Counted from the first letter of the stretch, positions 1 to 10,632 are shown. The stretch is DNA of 64,000 nt from Candidatus Kerfeldbacteria bacterium (GCA_047946875.1 CP181398.1:79154-143153), one strand, 5' to 3'. Numbers and translations are program-made. Notes: generated by a model not told the origin, from the letters alone.

Positions 1-1
1 A

Positions 2-292
2 AAATTCCAAAGAAAGATTGAAAATTTTAAATGTGAACATTGTGGGAAGGAAGTAAAGGGAAGTGGTTATACTAATCATTGCCCAAATTGTCTATGGAGT
101 AAGCATGTAGACATAAAACCTGGCGATCGCCAAGAATCTTGCCAGGGCATGATGGAACCAATTTCGGCAGTTTATAAAGAGGGGATATATGTGATACAGC
201 AAAGGTGTATAGATTGTAAAAAGATCATGAATATTAAATCAAATAAGATTGATAATTATGATAAAATTATTATTATTGTTAGTAATTCATAA
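2..292 (+). CDS. RNHCP-domain protein, C-terminal fragment (5' truncated by window edge)
   Basis: Frame-2 ORF translating to ...CEHCGKEVKGSGYTNHCPNCLWSKHVDIKPGD..CQG...CIDCKK, which contains the literal RNHCP motif and multiple CxxC pairs. Stop at 290-292. Not in ORF track because it lacks a start in the window. Confidence 0.5.
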   Translation, partial: KFQRKIENFKCEHCGKEVKGSGYTNHCPNCLWSKHVDIKPGDRQESCQGMMEPISAVYKEGIYVIQQRCIDCKKIMNIKSNKIDNYDKIIIIVSNS

Positions 293-344
293 AGTTAAAT
301 GCGCGTTTTGACAGTTTTAGTTTGATGCAATATTATTTGTACAG

Positions 345-698
345 TTGTTCAATCATTCAAATAATATTGAAAAAATGATATTAGATAAAATTAAAATAAC
401 TAAGGAAAGAATTTGGCTTAATAATAAACATAATGTTATTAAGGAGTTCAGTATTAATGGACAGTTACTTTCTGACCCAACTAGGATTAAAATACTCCTG
501 TTATTGAAAAAGCAGGGCATACTTTGTGTTACAGATATTGCGGATATAATTGGTATTAGTATAAGTGCAGTTTCACACCAACTCAGCAAATTAGAAAGTA
601 TGAATTTTGTTAAAAGTGAGAAAATGGGAAAAACGGTTTGTTATTCCCCTGATAAAAAAATTACAAATGTTTTAAAAATAGCGAATTTAAAAATTTAA
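345..698 (+). CDS. ArsR/SmtB-family winged-helix transcriptional regulator
   Basis: The segment ...ILLLLKKQGILCVTDIADIIGISISAVSHQLSKLESMNFV... matches the ArsR HTH recognition helix (SxVSHQLxxL). About 117 aa. Confidence 0.7.
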   Translation: MFNHSNNIEKMILDKIKITKERIWLNNKHNVIKEFSINGQLLSDPTRIKILLLLKKQGILCVTDIADIIGISISAVSHQLSKLESMNFVKSEKMGKTVCYSPDKKITNVLKIANLKI

Positions 699-718
699 TT
701 AATTAAGGAAATAAATTT

Positions 719-871
719 ATGAGAAAACATGGAACAAATTGTGAATGTGGAATGTGTAAAGTGGGCAAGGCTATGGGTATGATAAAAAAACCCGAAAATA
801 GCAAAGAGCATAATCATGACCATAGTGATAATCATGAATACGATGAAAATCATAGCCATGAAGCAAAATAA
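719..871 (+). CDS. small His/Cys-rich peptide (50 aa), putative metal-binding micro-protein
   Basis: ATG at 719 about 20 nt after the ArsR stop. Translation is MRKHGTNCECGMCKVGKAMGMIKKPENSKEHNHDHSDNHEYDENHSHEAK, with a CxCxxC motif and a His-rich tail. Below the ORF-track size cutoff. Confidence 0.4.
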   Translation: MRKHGTNCECGMCKVGKAMGMIKKPENSKEHNHDHSDNHEYDENHSHEAK

Positions 872-954
872 TCATTACTTGTAACTACTAATTAAATAAT
901 TAGGGTTTTTATTTTTCGTTAGATAAGTTAAAATGAATATAGAAATTATTTAAT

Positions 955-2211
955 ATGAAAAAAAATTATCAAGTAGAGTTACTAGCGCCAGCAGGATCAT
1001 ATGAATCATTAATGGCTGCAATAAATAATGGAGCTAATGCTGTTTATTTTGGTGTTGGTAAAATTAATATGCGTTCAGTATCAGCAGCAAATTTTAATTT
1101 AGTTGATTTGAAAAAAATAGCAAAGATATGTTTAAAGCATAAAATAAAATCGTATTTAACTGTTAATACTGTTCTGTATGATCAAGACCTTAAAATGATG
1201 AGAAATCTTATTGATACGGCCAAAGAAAATAAAATTAGTGCTGTGATAGTCTCTGACATGGCCGCTATCCAATATGCTTATAGTATAAAAATGCCACTGC
1301 ATATTTCTACTCAACTATCAGTTTCTAATGTGGAGTCAGTAAAATTTTTTAGTCAATATGCTCAGCAAATAGTTTTGGCACGTGAACTTAATTTGAGTAT
1401 GATTTCTAATATAAGTAAGGAAATTAAAAAACAAAAAATTACTAATCCAGATGGCGACTTAATTCCACTAGAAGTTTTCGTGCATGGGGCACTTTGCATT
1501 GGAATCTCTGGACGTTGTTCTATGAGTCTTTATAATACAAATACTTCAGCCAATAGAGGAGCATGTCGTCAAATGTGTAGACGTAAGTATAGAGTTATAG
1601 ATATGGAGACAGATAAAGAAATGGTTCTGGACAATGAATTTGTAATGAGTCCAAAAGACATTTGTACAATTGGATTTTTGAAAGACTTTTTGTCCGCTGG
1701 TGTATCTAGTCTTAAAATAGAGGGTCGTGGTAGATCTCCAGAATATGTAGCTACTGTTATTAAGGCTTATCGAGAAGCAATAGATAGTATTAATGATGGT
1801 ACATATACTTTGAAAAAAGCTCTTGCCTGGGAAAAAGAGTTAGGTACAGTTTTTAATCGTGGAATGAGTGATGGTTATTATTTAGGTAAACCGCTTCACG
1901 AATGGTCCGCCACTGCAAACAGTCAAGCAAGTGAGAAAAAGTATTTTGCAGGTGTAATAACTCATTATTTCCCTCAAGCAAAGGTGGCAGAAATAAATCT
2001 TCAGGCTACTGATATTAAAGTTGGTGATAAATATTCTATAGCTGGTACAACTACCGGTGCATTGTTTGGGAAGGTAAAATCTATTCAACTTGAAGATGAA
2101 ACAAAAGTAAAAAAAGTAAAAGCAAAACAAATTATTACTATACCAGTAGAAAAATTAGTTAGAGAAAATGATAGGATGTATATAATTAAAGAAAGAAAAG
2201 TTTTTGACTAA
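955..2211 (+). CDS. peptidase U32 family (collagenase-like PrtC/YegQ)
   Basis: The N-terminal LLAPAGSYESLMAAINNGANAVYFG and the HGALCIGISGRCSMS..CRQMC Cys cluster are typical of U32 peptidases. Confidence 0.8.
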   Translation: MKKNYQVELLAPAGSYESLMAAINNGANAVYFGVGKINMRSVSAANFNLVDLKKIAKICLKHKIKSYLTVNTVLYDQDLKMMRNLIDTAKENKISAVIVSDMAAIQYAYSIKMPLHISTQLSVSNVESVKFFSQYAQQIVLARELNLSMISNISKEIKKQKITNPDGDLIPLEVFVHGALCIGISGRCSMSLYNTNTSANRGACRQMCRRKYRVIDMETDKEMVLDNEFVMSPKDICTIGFLKDFLSAGVSSLKIEGRGRSPEYVATVIKAYREAIDSINDGTYTLKKALAWEKELGTVFNRGMSDGYYLGKPLHEWSATANSQASEKKYFAGVITHYFPQAKVAEINLQATDIKVGDKYSIAGTTTGALFGKVKSIQLEDETKVKKVKAKQIITIPVEKLVRENDRMYIIKERKVFD

Positions 2212-2356
2212 TAATATAATAACAAAAAATATTATTTTGCTATTGTTTTTTATTTAAAAGTGTGCTATTATATAAAAGTAAATTTTGGTTTTTAGAAATA
2301 AAAAAATATTTTTAATTTAAATACATTAACTTTATTTCGAAAGGGGGTGAAAGAGA

Positions 2357-2518
2357 ATGCCAAAGAAAAAAGTTGCTAAAAAGAAACCGGCAAAAAGAAA
2401 AGTTGCCAAAAAGAAAGTAGCAAAAAGAAAAGTTGCTAAAAAGAAACCGGCAAAAAGAAAAGTTGCCAAAAAGAAAGTAGCAAAAAGAAAAGTTGCTAAA
2501 AAAAGAAAAAAAAGATAA
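2357..2518 (+). CDS. histone H1-like / Lys-Ala-rich basic DNA-binding micro-protein (53 aa)
   Basis: Strong RBS AAGGGGGTGA 7 nt upstream of the ATG. Translation MPKKKVAKKKPAKRKVAKKKVAKRKVAKKK... consists of (P/V)AK(K/R)K repeats. An intrinsic terminator follows. Missing from the ORF track (<60 aa). Confidence 0.5.
   Translation: MPKKKVAKKKPAKRKVAKKKVAKRKVAKKKPAKRKVAKKKVAKRKVAKKRKKR
2371..2500 (+). repeat. perfect 60-bp tandem repeat (2.2 copies) with internal 30-bp sub-repeat, in-frame within the Lys-rich ORF
   Basis: Positions 2371-2430 equal 2431-2490 exactly (agttgctaaaaagaaaccggcaaaaagaaaagttgccaaaaagaaagtagcaaaaagaaa). A third partial copy occupies 2491-2500. Confidence 0.9.
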
Positions 2519-2537
2519 ATTTAGAAAATTTACTTAA

Positions 2538-2560
2538 AGGCGACTTCAAAGGTCGCTTTT
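2538..2560 (+). terminator. rho-independent terminator
   Basis: ggcgac-ttcaaag-gtcgc hairpin followed by TTTT. Confidence 0.5.
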
Positions 2561-2630
2561 AAGGTTGCAAAATGTTAAAATTATCGATAAGATTAATGCA
2601 ATAATTATTTTTCATAATTAGATAAAATTA

Positions 2631-3323
2631 ATGGAGAATCCAAATCTTCCAAAACATATAGCAATTATCATGGATGGTAACCGTCGTTGGGCAAAAGAAC
2701 GAGGATTACCTTCTTTTGATGGTCATTGGGAGGGTTATAATACATTAAAGAAAATAACACGACATTGTTTTAATAAGGGAATTAAAGTACTTACTGTTTA
2801 TGCCTTTTCAACAGAAAACTGGGATAGACCAGAGGTTGAAATTAAGGTTATTTTTAAAATCCTAATACATGGTTTAAATAAAGAGATTAAGGAATTTGTA
2901 AAAGAGGGTATAAAAGTAAATTTTATTGGACAAACTGAAAAATTTCCAGTTGAAATCAAGAAGAAGTTAGATTCTGCTATGAAAAAAACATCTGGTAATA
3001 ATAATGCAATATTAAATGTTGCTATTAATTATGGTGGTAGAGCAGAAATTGTTGATACTATTAAAAAGTTGATCAATCAAGGACATAAAGCTAATGAAAT
3101 TTCGGAAGAGTTAGTTTCTAAAAATTTATATAATGGATTGCTTCCTGATCCAGATTTAATCATTAGGACGTCTGGTGAAAAAAGGTTGTCTGGGTTTCTT
3201 TTGTGGCAAAGTGAGTATTCTGAATTATTATTTACAGATAAATATTGGCCTGATTTTTCTGAAAAAGATTTTGATGAAGCATTGGAGGAATACCAGTTAC
3301 GCAAAAGAAGGTTTGGAAAATAA
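2631..3323 (+). CDS. uppS: undecaprenyl diphosphate synthase (cis-prenyltransferase)
   Basis: HIAIIMDGNRRWAKERGLP, the conserved RTSGE..RLSGFLLWQS motif, and a C-terminal RRFG. Confidence 0.85.
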   Translation: MENPNLPKHIAIIMDGNRRWAKERGLPSFDGHWEGYNTLKKITRHCFNKGIKVLTVYAFSTENWDRPEVEIKVIFKILIHGLNKEIKEFVKEGIKVNFIGQTEKFPVEIKKKLDSAMKKTSGNNNAILNVAINYGGRAEIVDTIKKLINQGHKANEISEELVSKNLYNGLLPDPDLIIRTSGEKRLSGFLLWQSEYSELLFTDKYWPDFSEKDFDEALEEYQLRKRRFGK

Positions 3324-3326
3324 AAT

Positions 3327-4388
3327 ATGCAAAAAAATTTTTTTAAAACTCACAAGTCTGAATTAGACGCCACATTAAATAATTTCTTTTCTAATGAGTT
3401 TATTCGTATTAGTAAGTATGATAAATTTAACGCCGAAATAATAAAGCAGCTAAGAGATTTTACAATGCGCCGTGGCGCAAAAAGAATCAGAGGGATGCTT
3501 GTATTGTTAGGTTTTTTATCGAATCCAAAAAATAAACTTACAAAGGATATATTCAAAGTGGCAGCTGCTTATGAAATTTTACATTCATATTTACTGATTC
3601 ATGACGATATAATTGATCAAGATGAAGAACGTAGAGGTAAACCTACTTTACATGTATTATTCCAAAAATTTGCGCCACCAAATTCTTCGAATTTTGAGAA
3701 GAAAAAAATAGGTGAAGATATTGCAATAATTATTGGTGATTTGGCAAATATTTTTTCTCAAAAATTATTATTAGAGACAAATTATTCAGTAAATAAAAAA
3801 GTTGAAGTACAAAAATATATTAATAATGTTTTAGAAGCCACTTGCAGTGGTCAAATTCTAGATATTTTATCATTACCAAACAAATTACCAAATTTAAAGC
3901 AACAACAAAGTCGTTACTTACAAAAAACAGCTATATATACGATTGAAGCACCATTTTTAGTTGGTTTAAGTTTTGGGAAAGGTATTATAAATAAAAGATT
4001 ATTCAGGAAATTTGCTAATAATGTAGGATTAGCCTTTCAATTAGCTGACGATGTTCATAATATTTTTGGATCTAGTTTGGCTACTAGACAATCAGATTTA
4101 CAAGCTGGTAAAGTTACTTATCTAATTTCATTAGCAATAAAGAAATCAAAGTATAAAAGATTAATTCTGAATATTCTTAAGAAGAACAAAAAAAATAAAC
4201 AAGATCTATTAAAATTAAGAAGGTTGTTAATAGAAAGTGGAGGATATCAATGTGCTATGTCAATTATATATGACAATTTTAATCAAGCGGAAAAAATATT
4301 AAAAGATTTTGTTTTACCTGAGAATATAACAAATCAGTTACATTTTTTTCTAAATAAATTAAAAAATAAATTGCCTGAGGCAAATTAA
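3327..4388 (+). CDS. polyprenyl (isoprenyl diphosphate) synthase, trans-type
   Basis: First DDxxD motif LLIHDDIIDQDEERRGKPT and second motif FQLADDVHN. Confidence 0.8.
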   Translation: MQKNFFKTHKSELDATLNNFFSNEFIRISKYDKFNAEIIKQLRDFTMRRGAKRIRGMLVLLGFLSNPKNKLTKDIFKVAAAYEILHSYLLIHDDIIDQDEERRGKPTLHVLFQKFAPPNSSNFEKKKIGEDIAIIIGDLANIFSQKLLLETNYSVNKKVEVQKYINNVLEATCSGQILDILSLPNKLPNLKQQQSRYLQKTAIYTIEAPFLVGLSFGKGIINKRLFRKFANNVGLAFQLADDVHNIFGSSLATRQSDLQAGKVTYLISLAIKKSKYKRLILNILKKNKKNKQDLLKLRRLLIESGGYQCAMSIIYDNFNQAEKILKDFVLPENITNQLHFFLNKLKNKLPEAN

Positions 4389-4439
4389 GATAAATAAAAA
4401 ATCCCTGATAGTATAAAAATAATGATTAGGGATAATTTA

Positions 4440-4616
4440 TTATTTACTTTTTTTTGTTGCAGTTTTAATGCAACGTGCACAAGCTCTAACTTTTTTATTT
4501 TCGTGTAGAGTTTTTTGTAAGTTTATATGCTGTTTTCTTTTACTGGAGATGTTAGAATGACTTCTACTGTTACCAGTCAAAGCTCCACGTCCACAAATTT
4601 GACATACTTTTGACAT
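4440..4616 (-). CDS. rpmB: 50S ribosomal protein L28
   Basis: Reverse-strand translation MSKVCQICGRGALTGNSRSHSNISSKRKQHINLQ... is the canonical L28 N-terminus. Not in the ORF track (58 aa). Confidence 0.8.
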   Translation of the reverse strand: MSKVCQICGRGALTGNSRSHSNISSKRKQHINLQKTLHENKKVRACARCIKTATKKSK

Positions 4617-4699
4617 ACGGTTGTGATAATTGTTTAAATTGATATAATTACACTATCATAATTAATATAATTAGACAAGACTATACTTCTATATAAAAT

Positions 4700-5347
4700 A
4701 TGATCATACAATTACTATTTTCTGAGCCATTATTATTTGTTGCAATTTTTGTTGCGCTCGTTGCTTCTATTACAGTGCACGAATTTTCGCATGTTTTATC
4801 AGCTAGACTTCAGGGTGATCTCACTGGTGAATCAATGGGACGATTAACTTTAAATCCATTCTCGCACTTGGATCCATGGGGGACTGTTGCCATACTGTTA
4901 ATTGGGTTTGGCTGGGGTAAACCTGCTCCATTTAATCCTTATAATCTCAAATATAAACGTTTTGGCCCCGGATTAGTTGCTATAGCTGGGCCTCTTTCGA
5001 ATTTAGCAATGATTATTATTTTTGGTATAGTTTTAAAATTTTTATATCCAATGCTAGGACCAGATAACTACTTGTCAATATTTTTAATAATTTTAGTTAG
5101 TTTTAATGGTATTTTAATGATATTTAATTTAATTCCAATACCACCACTAGATGGATCACATATTTTAGAAGGTTTTTTAGGAAGAAAGTTCTCAAATATT
5201 TCATTACAGCTTAAAACTTATGGGCCTAGAGTATTATTTGGTTTAATTTTTGTTTCAATATTTTTAAATATTCCAATTTTTAGTTATATAATTAGCCCAA
5301 TTTTAGGATTGATTAGCAAAATTTTTGGGGTACCGGTGTTATTCTAA
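4700..5347 (+). CDS. peptidase M50 / site-2 protease family membrane metalloprotease
   Basis: HEFSHV (HExxH) lies within a transmembrane helix, and a downstream NLIPIPPLDGSHIL motif (LDG) is present. Polytopic membrane protein. Confidence 0.6.
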   Translation: MIIQLLFSEPLLFVAIFVALVASITVHEFSHVLSARLQGDLTGESMGRLTLNPFSHLDPWGTVAILLIGFGWGKPAPFNPYNLKYKRFGPGLVAIAGPLSNLAMIIIFGIVLKFLYPMLGPDNYLSIFLIILVSFNGILMIFNLIPIPPLDGSHILEGFLGRKFSNISLQLKTYGPRVLFGLIFVSIFLNIPIFSYIISPILGLISKIFGVPVLF

Positions 5348-5471
5348 AGTTCTCATTTTTTATTATAGCTAAATGTTTGACACGGTGATATTCTTGTGTT
5401 ATGCTGGTTTTACTTTTGGTATCATTATAAGGTACTTTTTTATTATATAAATTAGATTTTTTAAAGAAATT

Positions 5472-5894
5472 ATGCCTACAATTAGTCAATTGGTCAGAAA
5501 AGGCCGTAAAACATCAAAAAAGAAGTCAAAAACACCTGCTTTGCAACCTGTTTTGAATACGATTCGTAGAAAAAAAACAGAATTACCAAAAGGTTCTCCT
5601 TTTAAAAGAGGGGTATGTGTAAAAGTGACTACAGTTACTCCTAAAAAACCTAATTCTGCATTAAGAAAAATTGCTCGTGTACGTTTATCTAATGGAATGG
5701 AAGTAACAGCTTATATTCCAGGAGTAGGACATAATTTACAAGAGCATTCTATTATTTTGCTAAGAGGTGGAAGAGTAAAAGATCTTCCGGGTGTTAGATA
5801 TCATGTTGTAAGAGGAGTATATGATACTCAGGGTGTAGCAGATCGAAAACAAAGTCGAAGTTTATACGGAGCAAAGAAAGAAAAAACTAAATAA
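5472..5894 (+). CDS. rpsL: 30S ribosomal protein S12
   Basis: [13 protein letters not shown]...[10 protein letters not shown] is canonical S12. Confidence 0.95.
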   Translation: MPTISQLVRKGRKTSKKKSKTPALQPVLNTIRRKKTELPKGSPFKRGVCVKVTTVTPKKPNSALRKIARVRLSNGMEVTAYIPGVGHNLQEHSIILLRGGRVKDLPGVRYHVVRGVYDTQGVADRKQSRSLYGAKKEKTK

Positions 5895-5915
5895 ATTTTT
5901 AAGTTTTATTAATAT

Positions 5916-6380
5916 ATGAGAGGAAAACAAGCGCCAAAAAGAAAAATTGAACCAGATCCGAAGTATGATAATGTAGTCCTGGCAAAATTGATAAATTTAA
6001 TCATGTTAAAAGGGAAGAAATCAACTGCACAAACAGTTGTTTATGGTGCTTTAGATTTTATTCAAGAAAAAACAAAGAAAGACCCAATTACCATATTTGA
6101 GAAAGCTATGAGTAATGTTTCACCTGTTTTAGAAGTTAAATCAAGAAGAATTGGTGGTGCTAATTATCAAGTGCCTATTGAAGTAAAAGGGGACAGAAAA
6201 ATGGCCTTAGCAATGAGATGGATTATTGGAGCGTCTAGGTCACGAAAAGGTAAAGCAATGAAATTAAAATTAGCTCAAGAATTACTTGATGCATCAGAAA
6301 AGCAGGGAGAAGCAATGAAAAAAAGAGAAGATGTGCATAGAATGGCTGAAGCAAATAGAGCTTTTGCGCATTTCGCCTAA
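5916..6380 (+). CDS. rpsG: 30S ribosomal protein S7
   Basis: Conserved S7 sequence. The order rpsL-rpsG-fusA matches the str operon. Confidence 0.95.
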   Translation: MRGKQAPKRKIEPDPKYDNVVLAKLINLIMLKGKKSTAQTVVYGALDFIQEKTKKDPITIFEKAMSNVSPVLEVKSRRIGGANYQVPIEVKGDRKMALAMRWIIGASRSRKGKAMKLKLAQELLDASEKQGEAMKKREDVHRMAEANRAFAHFA

Positions 6381-6448
6381 GTCGCCCAACAAGGAAAGTG
6401 TTGAGCTTTTTTAGTTTAAGTAAATTATTAACATATTAGAAAAATTTT

Positions 6449-8524
6449 ATGTCTAGAGAGTATAGTTTAGAAAATACAAGAAATATTGGTATTATTGCCC
6501 ATATTGATGCAGGTAAAACAACAGTTACTGAACGTGTTTTATATTACACTGGAGCAAAGCATAAAATTGGTGAGGTTCATGAAGGTGAAGCCGAGATGGA
6601 TTGGATGGAACAAGAAAAAGAACGTGGTATTACTATTACATCTGCTGCAACAACTTGTTTCTGGAAAGATAACCGTATAAATATTATTGACACGCCAGGG
6701 CATATTGATTTTACAGTTGAAGTACAAAGATCTCTTCGTGTTTTAGATGGTGGATTTATTGTTTTTGATGGTGTAGCAGGAGTAGAACCACAGTCTGAAA
6801 CTGTTTTTCATCAAGCTGAGAAATTTGAAGTGCCTTTGATGGCATTTATTAATAAAATGGATAGAACTGGAGCTGATTTTTATGCCGATATAGATTCTAT
6901 TAAAGAAAGATTAACTGAGAATGTGTTACCTATTCAATTACCAATTGGTGCAGAAGAAAATTTTAAAGGAATTATTGATTTAATGGAAAATAAGGCAGTT
7001 ATATATAAGGATGATATGGGAAAAGAATTTGAAGAAGTAGAGATACCAGAAGATATGAAAGAAAAATCAGAAAAATATCGTAGCGAAATGATAGAAAAAA
7101 TTGCCGAGCAGGATGATGAAATGCTACAAAAATATTTAGATGGTCAAGAAATAACTGTTGAAGAATTAAAAAAGGTTTTAAGAAAAGCAACTATTGAAAG
7201 GACTATTATGCCTTTATTAGTTGGCTCTGCTCTAAAGAATAAAGGTGTACAGTATTTACTTGACGCTGTGATTGATTATTTACCATCGCCACTGGATGTA
7301 GCAGCAGTAACAGGAGTAGATCAAAAAGGTGAAGAAATTGAACGAAAAACTTCTGATGAAGAGCCGTTTGCTTCATTGGCATTTAAAGTGGCAACAGATC
7401 CATTTGTTGGGACTTTATCATTTTTTAGAGTATATTCTGGTACATTAGAAGCTGGATCTTATGTTTTGAATAATAGAACTGGGAAGAAAGAAAGAGTTGG
7501 AAGGATAGTTGTAATGCATGCAAATAAGAGAGAAGAAGTTAAAAAAGTATATGCAGGTGATATTGCCGCAGCTGTTGGTTTAAAAGAAACAACAACAGGT
7601 GATAGTTTAACTGATGTTGATAATCCTATTATATTAGAGTCAATTGATTTTCCAGCTCCAGTTATTTCTGTAGCTATTGAACCTAAGACTAAACAAGATC
7701 AAGAAAAAATGGGAACAGCATTATCAAAATTGACTCAAGAAGATCCAACTTTTCAAGTAGAAACTGATGAGGAAACTAATCAAACTATTATTAAAGGAAT
7801 GGGTGAATTGCACCTTGATGTTTTGGTAGATAGAATGAAACGAGAATTTAAAGTTGAAGCTACTGTTGGTAAGCCTCAAGTAGCTTATAAAGAAACAATT
7901 CAAAAAATTGCAGAAGCAGAGGGTAAATATATCAGACAGTCTGGTGGTCGTGGTCAATATGGTCATTGTGTTATTCGAATAGAACCAAAAGAAAGAGGTG
8001 AAGGATTTGAATTTGAAGATAAAGTTAAAGGTGGTGCTATACCTCAAGAATTTATTCCGCCGATTGAAAAAGGTATTAAGGAAGCGATGAGCAAAGGAGT
8101 ATTAGCACATTATCCAATGGTTGATATAAAGATTACATTACTTGATGGTTCATATCATGATGTTGATTCATCTGAATCAGCTTTTAAAATTGCTGGATCA
8201 ATGGCCTTCCAAACTGCTTCAAAAAAAGCTGGTTTAGTATTACTTGAGCCTGTTATGCAAATTGAAGTGGTTACTCCTGAGAATTTTATGGGGGATGTTA
8301 TTGGTGATTTAAATTCCAAAAGAGCCACTATTCAAGAAATGAGAGATCGTGGTAATATGAAAGTAATAGACGCTGAGGTACCACTAGCAGAAATGTTTGG
8401 ATATGCCACTCAATTAAGATCAATGTCTCAGGGAAGAGCATCATATTCCATGGAATTTGCTAATTATCAAGTCGTACCAAAGAATGTGGTTGAAACAATT
8501 ATTGGTGAAGATAAGGATAAATAA
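6449..8524 (+). CDS. fusA: elongation factor G
   Basis: G1 motif [19 protein letters not shown], and a full-length 691-aa EF-G. Confidence 0.95.
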   Translation: MSREYSLENTRNIGIIAHIDAGKTTVTERVLYYTGAKHKIGEVHEGEAEMDWMEQEKERGITITSAATTCFWKDNRINIIDTPGHIDFTVEVQRSLRVLDGGFIVFDGVAGVEPQSETVFHQAEKFEVPLMAFINKMDRTGADFYADIDSIKERLTENVLPIQLPIGAEENFKGIIDLMENKAVIYKDDMGKEFEEVEIPEDMKEKSEKYRSEMIEKIAEQDDEMLQKYLDGQEITVEELKKVLRKATIERTIMPLLVGSALKNKGVQYLLDAVIDYLPSPLDVAAVTGVDQKGEEIERKTSDEEPFASLAFKVATDPFVGTLSFFRVYSGTLEAGSYVLNNRTGKKERVGRIVVMHANKREEVKKVYAGDIAAAVGLKETTTGDSLTDVDNPIILESIDFPAPVISVAIEPKTKQDQEKMGTALSKLTQEDPTFQVETDEETNQTIIKGMGELHLDVLVDRMKREFKVEATVGKPQVAYKETIQKIAEAEGKYIRQSGGRGQYGHCVIRIEPKERGEGFEFEDKVKGGAIPQEFIPPIEKGIKEAMSKGVLAHYPMVDIKITLLDGSYHDVDSSESAFKIAGSMAFQTASKKAGLVLLEPVMQIEVVTPENFMGDVIGDLNSKRATIQEMRDRGNMKVIDAEVPLAEMFGYATQLRSMSQGRASYSMEFANYQVVPKNVVETIIGEDKDK

Positions 8525-8544
8525 TAAGTATTAACCAAAATAAT

Positions 8545-9108
8545 ATGTCCAGAAAGATCGCCCATAAAAATATACAAGCTTCCTGGAGTGGACTAGTATT
8601 ATTAGTAGTTGTAGCAATGTTGATTGGAATATATTTTTTAAGGATTGATTCAAGCTATGATCTTGTCCCATATAATATTGATCCAAATTTGGTAGTATAT
8701 AAAACAAATGTGGCAATTGCAGCTGAAGAGACTATAAAAAAGGTAGAATATAAAGATGATAACTATAATTTTAAGACTAATTATTCTGAGGATTGGAAAT
8801 CAGAAAATGAAATTACAGGAGAAGGTGAAAATGTTATATCTTCAGTAACTTTTACCAAGGGCATAGAATCGGTAAGTATAAGTGTGATGGCACAATCAAT
8901 GGAAGGAGTAGTTAAAAATTCAATAAATATTGACAAAGAGACTAATATTAAGGTGAATAGTCAAGATGCAGTAAGAATTGACGGTGGAAGTAGCAAAGAT
9001 GGTTCTGATATTACAATGATATTGCTTAAAAATAATGATAATTTGTACGTTTTTCAAGGTATTGGACAAGAATTTGAGGATATAGTAAGATATTTTGAAA
9101 TATACTAG
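8545..9108 (+). CDS. hypothetical N-terminally membrane-anchored extracytoplasmic protein (YxFxxxYxxDW motif family)
   Basis: N-terminal TM helix LVLLVVVAMLIGIYFL and the motif DDNYNFKTNYSEDW. Inserted between fusA and tuf. Confidence 0.4.
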   Translation: MSRKIAHKNIQASWSGLVLLVVVAMLIGIYFLRIDSSYDLVPYNIDPNLVVYKTNVAIAAEETIKKVEYKDDNYNFKTNYSEDWKSENEITGEGENVISSVTFTKGIESVSISVMAQSMEGVVKNSINIDKETNIKVNSQDAVRIDGGSSKDGSDITMILLKNNDNLYVFQGIGQEFEDIVRYFEIY

Positions 9109-9265
9109 ATATTTGAGTAATATAAGTATCCACATATGTGGGGATAAATATTAATTAGTAAGTAGTAATAATCTAATAATATGTCGAATATTTGCTAATA
9201 TTAGCAAAATAATAATTAAATATAGAGTTTTAAAATTTATTAAATTCTGATTAAAGCTATAGGCC

Positions 9266-9294
9266 TTGCATAATATAAATAAGGTTGCTATAAT
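9266..9294 (+). promoter_or_regulatory. sigma70-like promoter upstream of tuf (TTGCAT-17-TATAAT)
   Basis: ttgcat at 9266-9271, a 17-nt spacer, then tataat at 9289-9294. Confidence 0.45.
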
Positions 9295-9358
9295 CAAAAT
9301 TGCAAATTATTACATAAATAAATAAAAAAAATAACTAAACTTAAGGAAACTAATCACT

Positions 9359-10543
9359 ATGGCAGACAAATTTGAACGAAATAAAACACACGTAAATGTT
9401 GGTACTATTGGTCACGTTGATCATGGTAAAACAACTTTAACAGCCGCAATTCTAAAGACTTTAGGAGATAAAGGTTTAATTGCGCAGTCAAAATCTGTGG
9501 ATCAAATTGATAATGCTCCAGAAGAAAAAGAACGTGGCATTACTATTGCAACAGCTCATGTAGAATATGAGTCAGAAACAAGACATTATGCTCATATTGA
9601 TTGTCCGGGTCATGCTGATTACGTTAAAAATATGATTACTGGTGCCGCTCAAATGGACGGTGCTATTTTAGTAGTATCTGCAGCTGACGGCCCTATGCCC
9701 CAGACTAGAGAACATATTCTATTAGCTAGACAGGTTGGTGTGCCAAATATTATTGTTTTCTTGAATAAAGTTGACATGGTTGATGATAATGAATTGATTG
9801 ATTTAGTAGAAGTTGAAGTTCGTGATTTATTAAATAAATACGAATATGATGGTGATAATGCATCAATTATTAAAGGTTCTGCTTTGAAGGCTTTAGAAGG
9901 TGATGAGAAATATCAAGAAGCAATTATGGAATTAGTAAAAGCTTTGGACGAAAAAATTCCAGAACCAAAAAGAGATGTTGATAAACCATTTTTAATGCCC
10001 GTTGAAGATATTTTTTCAATTGAAGGACGTGGTACGGTTGTTACTGGTAAAATTGATAGAGGTATTGTAAAAGTAAATGAAGAAATTGAAATTGTTGGTA
10101 TTCATGATACAACAAAAACTGTAGTAACAGGTATAGAGATGTTTAATAAGCAATTAGATGAAGGTAGAGCAGGTGATAATGCTGGTATCTTATTGCGTGG
10201 AACAAAAAAAGAAGACATTGAAAGAGGACAAGTTATTGCTAAACCAGGAACAGTTACCCCTCATACAGAATTTGAAGGAGAAATTTATGTTTTAACAAAA
10301 GAGGAAGGTGGACGTCACACTCCATTTTTCAAAGGTTATAAACCACAATTCTTCATTAGAACTACTGATGTAACTGGCGACGTTGAATTACCTGAAAACA
10401 CAGAGATGGTTATGCCAGGAGATACAGTTAAATTAAAAATCAAGTTATTGATGCCGATTGCTTTAGAAGAGCAACAAAGATTTGCTATTCGTGAAGGTGG
10501 TAGAACTGTAGGAGCTGGCGTGGTAACAAAAATATTCAAATAA
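9359..10543 (+). CDS. tuf: elongation factor Tu
   Basis: [27 protein letters not shown]; 394 aa. Confidence 0.95.
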   Translation: MADKFERNKTHVNVGTIGHVDHGKTTLTAAILKTLGDKGLIAQSKSVDQIDNAPEEKERGITIATAHVEYESETRHYAHIDCPGHADYVKNMITGAAQMDGAILVVSAADGPMPQTREHILLARQVGVPNIIVFLNKVDMVDDNELIDLVEVEVRDLLNKYEYDGDNASIIKGSALKALEGDEKYQEAIMELVKALDEKIPEPKRDVDKPFLMPVEDIFSIEGRGTVVTGKIDRGIVKVNEEIEIVGIHDTTKTVVTGIEMFNKQLDEGRAGDNAGILLRGTKKEDIERGQVIAKPGTVTPHTEFEGEIYVLTKEEGGRHTPFFKGYKPQFFIRTTDVTGDVELPENTEMVMPGDTVKLKIKLLMPIALEEQQRFAIREGGRTVGAGVVTKIFK

Positions 10544-10632
10544 TATATTTATGTAAGCAAGAGGAATTTTAAATAAAGTTCCTCTCTCGCTTATATAAAA
10601 ACAGTTTATTAAAATTCAAAATAGAAAATTTC

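Noticed and set aside
3175-3366. 63-aa plus-strand ORF bridging the uppS end and the polyprenyl synthase start
   Set aside because: It overlaps two well-supported genes in another frame.
6539-6727. Antisense ORFs inside fusA, rplE, aspS, dnaB, secY and other genes (e.g. 6539..6727-, 7724..8047-, 17180..17515-, 37528..37929-, 27434..27946+)
   Set aside because: They lie wholly inside well-supported conserved genes on the opposite strand. They have no RBS and their composition is driven by the sense gene, so they are spurious.
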